Shown here: piece by piece, positions 57,260-64,000 of the stretch
Layout of the letters: each line of letters starts with the position of its first letter
Position numbering within the stretch: position 1 is the stretch's first letter
DNA from: the human T2T-CHM13v2.0 reference genome, Homo sapiens
Assembly: GCF_009914755.1 (NCBI RefSeq)
Contig: NC_060932.1
DNA length: 64,000 nucleotides
Strand: one strand, 5' to 3'
Notes under the pieces: generated by a model
The model's database searches: none
Told to the model about the DNA's origin: nothing
The model's input: the letters and a program-made list of their open reading frames with translations, nothing else
Made by a program: the position numbers and the translations under genes

Positions 57260-57710
57260 TAAATTTAGTTTTATTTTAAGTTCTAGGATCCATGTGCAAA
57301 ATGTGCAGGTTTGTTACATAAGTAAACATGTGCCATGGTGGTTTGCTGCACCTACCCACCCATCACCTAGGTATTAAGTCCTGCATGCATTAACTGTTTA
57401 TCCTGATGCTCTCCCTCCCCCTGCCCCCACCCCGACAGACAGATCCCAGTGTGTTGTTCTCCTCCCTGTGTCCATGTGTTCTCATTGTTCAGCTCCCACT
57501 TGTAAGTGAGAACATGCAGTGTTTGGTTTTCTGTTCCTGCATTAGTTTGCTGAGGATAATTCACAATTGCAAATACATGGAATCAACCCAAATGCCCACC
57601 AATGATAGACTGGATAAAGAAAATGTGGTACATATACACTATGGAATACTATGCAGCCATAAAAAGGAAATAAATCATGTCCTTCACAGGGACATGGATG
57701 GATCTGGAAG
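57260..57710 (-). mobile_element. Short L1PA (about L1PA8-10) 3' end with twin-priming inversion
   Basis: 57260-57560 antisense 3' UTR and 57561-57710 sense ORF2 end; degenerate TSD ctatggtgaatttttt/ctataatgaaattttt. Confidence 0.85.
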
Positions 57711-58419
57711 CTATAATGAAATTTTTATCATACTGGGTAACCTCAACTTATGACAATTTTATGTGCACGCCATGGCTGTTTGTATACACAGGGGAGTGTA
57801 CTTTGAGGACTCAAGAAAATGGTGCTCAGACTTACTGAACCTACAGAAGTTTGGGCCTCAGCAAGGAGTGGAGAAGAACTTGGTTCTCCCATGGCCCCAA
57901 CTGCAAGGGCCCCAGCTTGAGCACAAGCCTCCAGCAGGCACAGGGAGAACCAGGTACAAGCTCACCCTGGAGCTCATCATGCAGTCATTGCCTAGGGGAA
58001 GATGCAACCAGAGAGCAAAGAGGCATTCTTTACTTATTAAAATGTTGGGGCGAGAACAATTTTTACTGGTTTTGCTGTCCTCCTAGCTGGGGCTGCTAAG
58101 GCAGTTCAATTCTACCCGTGTTACATAATGCTTCCTTTAAGTGATTAACAGCTAGACAGAAAAGACTAGATTTGCTGCCCAAAATTCCATCTGCAAGCAG
58201 GACCAAGGAGGAAATTGGAGAGATTATTTTAGAATTCACTTGGCTTATTCATAGACTCTGGTTTCAAAATGCCAAATCATTTCTAGATGGGAACACAGTT
58301 ACCATAGGTGTCTGTAGGTATGCCTGCAGGGAGCACATGTGACAAATATATAGAATTCGAGGGAAAAACTATATTGAGATCCTCATGTTTGAGATATGGT
58401 TCTCTCTCATCCCCTTGGG

Positions 58420-58606
58420 CAGTGCTTCTTAAACATTTAGGATGCATTCGAATCACCTAGAGGGTTTGTTAAAACTGGAGCTGCTGGGCCTCAGCTCCAG
58501 AGTTTCCAATTCTGTAGAGCTGGGTGGGGTCTGAGAATCAGCATTCTTAAAAAGTCCTTGGTGAGGCTAATAGTTCTGGTCCAGGGAACCACACTTTGAG
58601 AACAAT
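58420..58606. mobile_element. MER5A
   Basis: cagtgcttcttaaac...gaatcacctagagggtttgttaaaac...ccagggaaccacactttgagaac. Confidence 0.85.
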
Positions 58607-59179
58607 GGCCCTGGGTGTGCAGGCGTCAGAAGCATCAACAGCAGCTTCAGTTTAAGAGCCTGGCAGGGGTGATTTTCCAGCAAAAATAAATCTGGAAGGG
58701 AAAAATATTTTCCAGGCAGTGGGTTGATCAGGGCTAAGCAATAGTATGGTAAGCCCACTGAAAATCTGAAAACCTAATAGATGGCAGTTTCTGGACCTAC
58801 TAAATGCACTAAATGACCTCACCCTTTCTTTTTTCTTCAATTAAAATAAGAAGTTTATTCCCGTTCTTTCTGTTTCCTGGAAAATGAAATGAACAGATGG
58901 TTGGTATCTTACATGTTGCGCCAGGTGAGAATATATTTTTGTTCACATTTGCTCACTCACCACTTTTTTAAACTTTTATTTTAGGTTCAGGGGTACATGT
59001 CCAGGTTTGTTATACAGGCACATGGCATGTCACAGGGGTTTGGTGTACAGATAATTTTGTCACCCAGGTAATCAGCATAGTACCCGATGGGTAGTTTTTG
59101 GATCCTTGCCCTCTTCCCACCCTCCACCTTCCAGTAGGCCCTGCTGTCAGTTGTTCCCCTGTTTGTGTCCATATGTGCT

Positions 59180-59567
59180 TGATATGGTTTGGCTCTGTGT
59201 CCCCACTCAAATCTCATGTCAAATTGTAATCCCCAACATTGGAAGAGGAGACTGGTAGAAGGTGACTGAATCATAGAGGTGGTGTCTAATGGTTTCGCAC
59301 CATCCCCCTAGTGCTGTCTCATGACAGAGTTCTCATGAGATCTGGTTGTTTAAAAGTGTGTAGCACCTCCCCCCACCCTCCTGCTGGCCATGTAAAGATA
59401 TGCTTGCTTCCCCTTTGCCTTTCACCATGGTTGTAAGTTTCCTGAAGCCTTCCTAGAAGCAGAAACCTGTACAGCCTGCAGAACCGTGAGCTGATTATAC
59501 CTGTTTTATTTATAAATTACCCAGTCTCTGGTAATTCTTTATAGCAGTAAAAGAATGGATTAGTATA
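59180..59567 (+). mobile_element. MSTA-like LTR nested in the L1 3' UTR
   Basis: tgatatggtttggctctgtgtcccc...; 5-bp TSD gtgct/gtact. Confidence 0.88.
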
Positions 59568-60820
59568 GTACTTAATGCTTAGCTCCCACAATGAGGAAGA
59601 AACTGAATATTTGGTTTTCTGTTCCTGCATTTATTCACTTAAGATAATGACCTCTGGCTACATCCATGTTCCTGCAAAGGACCTAATCTCATTCTTTCGT
59701 ATGGCTGTGTAGCATTCCATGGATGTACCAATTTTCTTTATCCAGTCTACTTTTGATGGGCATTTAGGTTTATTTCATGTCTTTGCTTTTGTGAATAATG
59801 CTGCAATGAACATATTCATATTCTATTCATATTCAGGTGTCTGAATATGCCTATTCAGGTATCGTTGTGGTAGAACAATTTATATTCCTTTGGGTATATA
59901 CCCAGTAATGGGATTGCTGGGTCTAATAGTAATTCTACTTTGAGTTCCTTGAGAAATTGTCAAACTCCTTTCCACAAAGGCCAAACTAGTTTACATTCCC
60001 ATCAGCAGTGTATAAATGTTCCCTTTTCTCTGCAACCTCACCAGCATCTATTATTTTTTGACTTTTTAATAATAGCAATTCTGACTGATGTGAGATGGTA
60101 TCTCATTGTGGCTTTGATTTGCATTTCTCTACTTATTGGTGATGTTGAGCATTTTTTCATATGCTAGTTGCCACATATATGTCTTGTTTGAAAAGTGTCT
60201 GTTCAGGTTCTTTGCCCACTGTTCAGTGGGGTTGTTTGTTTCTCTGCTTGTGAATTTAAATTCCTTACAGATTCTGGGTATTAGGCCTTTGTCAGATGCA
60301 CAGTTTGCATATATTTTCTCCCACTCTGTAGGTTGTCTGCTTATGCTATTAATAGTTTCTTTTGCTTCATAGGAGCTCTTTAGTTTAATTAGGTCCCATT
60401 CATCTGTTTTTGGTTTTGCTGCAACTGATTTTGGTGTCTTCATCATGAAATCTTTTACAGGGCCTATATCCAAATGGTATTTCCTAGGTTATCTTCCAAA
60501 GATTTTATAGTTTTAGATTTTAAATTTACGTATTCAACCCATCTTGAGTTGATTTTTGTATATAATGTAAAAAAGGGGTCCAGTTTCAATCTTCGGCATA
60601 TGGGTAGCCAGTTACTCCAGCACCATGTATTGAATAGGGAGTCAGTTCCCCATTACTGTTTTTTTGTAGACTTTTTGGGAGATCAAATGGTTGTAGGTGC
60701 GTGGCCTTATTTATAGGCTCTCTATCCTATTCCATTGGTCTGTGGGCCTGTTTTTGTACCACTATCATTGTTGTTTTGGTTACTGTAGCTTGTAGAATAG
60801 TTTGAAGTCAGGTAATGTGA

Positions 60821-61184
<364 letters not shown>

Positions 61185-64000
61185 AGGCTCATTATTATTA
61201 TTATTATTATTATCATTTTTGCTTTCATGTGAATTTTAAACTAGTTTGTTCTAATTCTATGAAGAATGTCATTGGTAATTTGTTAGGAATAGCATGAATC
61301 TATAAATCTCTTTGGGCAGTATGGCCATTTTAACAATATTGATTCTTCCTATCCATGAGCATGGAACATTTTTCTCATTTGTTTGTGTCATCTCTGACTT
61401 CTTTGAGCAGTGTTTTATAATTCTCATTGTCATGATCTTTCACCTCCTGGTTAGTTATTCTTGGGTATTTTACTCTTTTTGTGGCTATTGTGAATGAGAT
61501 TGCATTATTGGCTTGGATGTTGTTTTTTCATAGAAATGCTACTGGTTTTTGTACATTGATTTTGTACACTGAAACTTTGCTGAAGTTGTTTATCACATCT
61601 AGCAACTTTTGGGCTGAGTCTATAGGATTTTCTAGGTAGAGAAACATACCATCTGTGAAGAGATATAGTTTGACTCTCTCTCTTCCTACTTGAGTGCCTT
61701 TTATTTCTATTTCTTGCCTGATTGTTCTAGCTAGGACTTCCGGTACTGTGTTGAAAAAGAGTGGTGAGAGTGGCTCTTTTTTTCTTGTTGATGTTCTCAA
61801 GGGAAATGCTTCCAACTATTTCCCATTCAGGATGGTGTTAAGTGTGGGTTTGTCATAGATGGCTCTTACTATTTTGAGCTATTCTCCTTCAATGCCTAGT
61901 TCGTTGAGAAATTTTAACATGAAAGAATGTTGAATTTTATTGAAAACATTTTCTGCATCTATTGAGATGATGATGTGGGTTTTGTTTTCAGTTCTGTTTA
62001 TGTGATGTGTCATATTTATTGACTTGTGTATGTTGAACCAAACTTACATACCAGAGATAAAGCCTAGTTGATCATGGTGAATTAGCTTTTTGATGTGCTG
62101 CTGTATTTAATTTGCTAGTATTTTGTTAAGGATTTTTGCATCTATGTTCACTGGGGATACTGGACTGAAGTTTTCCTTTTTTGTTGTGTCTCTGCCAGGT
62201 TTTGGTATCAGAATAATGCTGGTCACACAGAATGAGTTAGGGAAGAGTCCAGCCTCCTCAGTTTCTTGGATTAGTTTTAGTAGGAATACCAGCTCTTTAT
62301 ACATCTGGCAGAATTCAGCTGTGAATCCATCTGGTCCTGGACTTATTCTGGTTGATAGATTTTTCTTTACTGATACAATTTCAGAACTCATTATTGGTCT
62401 ATTCAGGGATTCAATTTATTTCTGGTTCAAACTTGGGAGGTTATGTGTTTCTAGAAATTTATCCATTTCTTCTAGGTTTTCCAGTTTGTGAGTGTAGAGG
62501 TGTTCATAGTAGTCTCTTAGGGTTTTTTGTACTTCTGTGGGGGTGGATAGTAATGTCCTCTTTATAATTTCTTATTGTGTTTATTTGGAGCTTCTCTGTT
62601 TTCTTCTTTATTAGTGTAACTAACAATCTATCAATCATATTTATTCTTTCATGAAACAAACTCCTGGATTCATTGATTTTTTGTATGGTTTACACCATCT
62701 CAATTTCCATCAGTCCAGCTCTGATTTTTGTTATTTGTTTTCTTCTGCTAGCTTTAGAATTGGTTTACTCTTCTTTCTCTAATTTCTCTAGGTGTGATAT
62801 TATATTGTTAATTTAATTTGAGATTGTTTTAACTTTTTGATGTGGATATTTAGCACATACACTTCCCTCTTAATACTGATTAAGCTGTGTCCCAGAGATT
62901 CTGGTATGTTTTGTTCTCATTAGTTTCAAAGAATTTCTTGATTTTTGCCTTAAACTCATTGTTTACCTAAAAATCATTCAGGAGAAGGTGGTTTAATTTC
63001 CATACAATTGTTTGATTTTGAGTGATTTTCTTAGTGTTGATTCCTACTTTTTATTGTGCTGTAGTCTGATAGTGTGGTTGGTTTTATGTGTGTGTGTGTG
63101 TTTTTAATTTGCTGGGGATTGTTTTACGGCTGACTGTGTTGTTGATTTTAGAGTATGTGCAATGTGCAGATAAGATAAATGTATATTCGTTATTGGGTGG
63201 AGATTTCTGTAAATGTCTGTTAGGTCTATTTGGTCAAGTGTCAAGTTAAGGTCCCAAATATCTTTGTTAGTGTTTTGCCTTGATGATCTGTCTAATAAAT
63301 ACTGTCAGTGGAGTGTTGAAGTCTTCCACTATTATTGTGTAGTTAGCTAAGTCTCTTTATAGATCTCTAAAACCTTACTTTAGGAATCTGAGTGCTCTTG
63401 TATTGGATCCATATATATTTGAGATAGTTTTTCTTGCTGAATTGAACTCTTTAACATTATGTAATGCCCTTCTTTTTCTTTTTTGATCATTGATGGTTTA
63501 AAGTCTGTTTTGTCTGAAATTAGAAGAGCAACTCTTGCTTTTTTCTGTTTTCCATTTTCTTGGTAGATTTTTCTCCTTTACTTTGAGCTGGGTGGACATC
63601 TCACATTGCATGTGAGATATGTCTCTTGAAAACAGCATATAGTTGGATCTTGTTTCTTCATCCAATTCGCCACTACTCTGCACCTTTTAATTGGGACATT
63701 TAATGCATTTACATTCATGGTTAATATTGATATGTGCAGATTTGATCCTGTTATCATGTTGTTAGCTGGTTTTTATGTAGACTTGATTTGTGGTTGCTTT
63801 ATAGTGTCAATAGTTTATGTACTTCACTGTGTTTTTGTGGTGGTTTGTAGTGGTTTTTCTTTTCCATATTTAGCACTCCCTTAAGGATCTGCTATAATTC
63901 AGGTCTGGTGGTAATGAATTCCCTTAGCATTTGCTTGTCTGAAAAAGGATCTTATTTCTCCTTCATTTTCGATGCTTAGTTTGGCTGGAAATGAAATTCT

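Overview
AT-rich, repeat-dense hominid (human or great-ape) genomic DNA, judged from Alu, L1PA2, MER41, MER50 and MST content. I recognise no cellular protein-coding gene; most listed ORFs are Alu-, L1- or ERV-derived or chance. The main feature is a full-length 6,030-bp L1PA2-type LINE-1 (42464-48493, minus strand, 16-bp TSD). Its ORF1, ORF2 and antisense ORF0 are all open, but it carries substitutions in essential motifs (RT G660V; ORF1 YPAKLS to YPTKQS). About 1 kb past its antisense promoter lies a frame-preserving 36-bp VNTR that could join ORF0 in frame via splice donor 1 (speculative). The window also holds two rearranged class I ERVs, a nested LTR cluster with a 75-bp templated insertion, a 47-bp mini-Alu with TSDs, twin-primed L1s and several promoter or splice-donor candidates. 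Subfamily names come from recalled consensus sequences and boundaries of old repeats are approximate. I found nothing I can support as a wholly new biological system.
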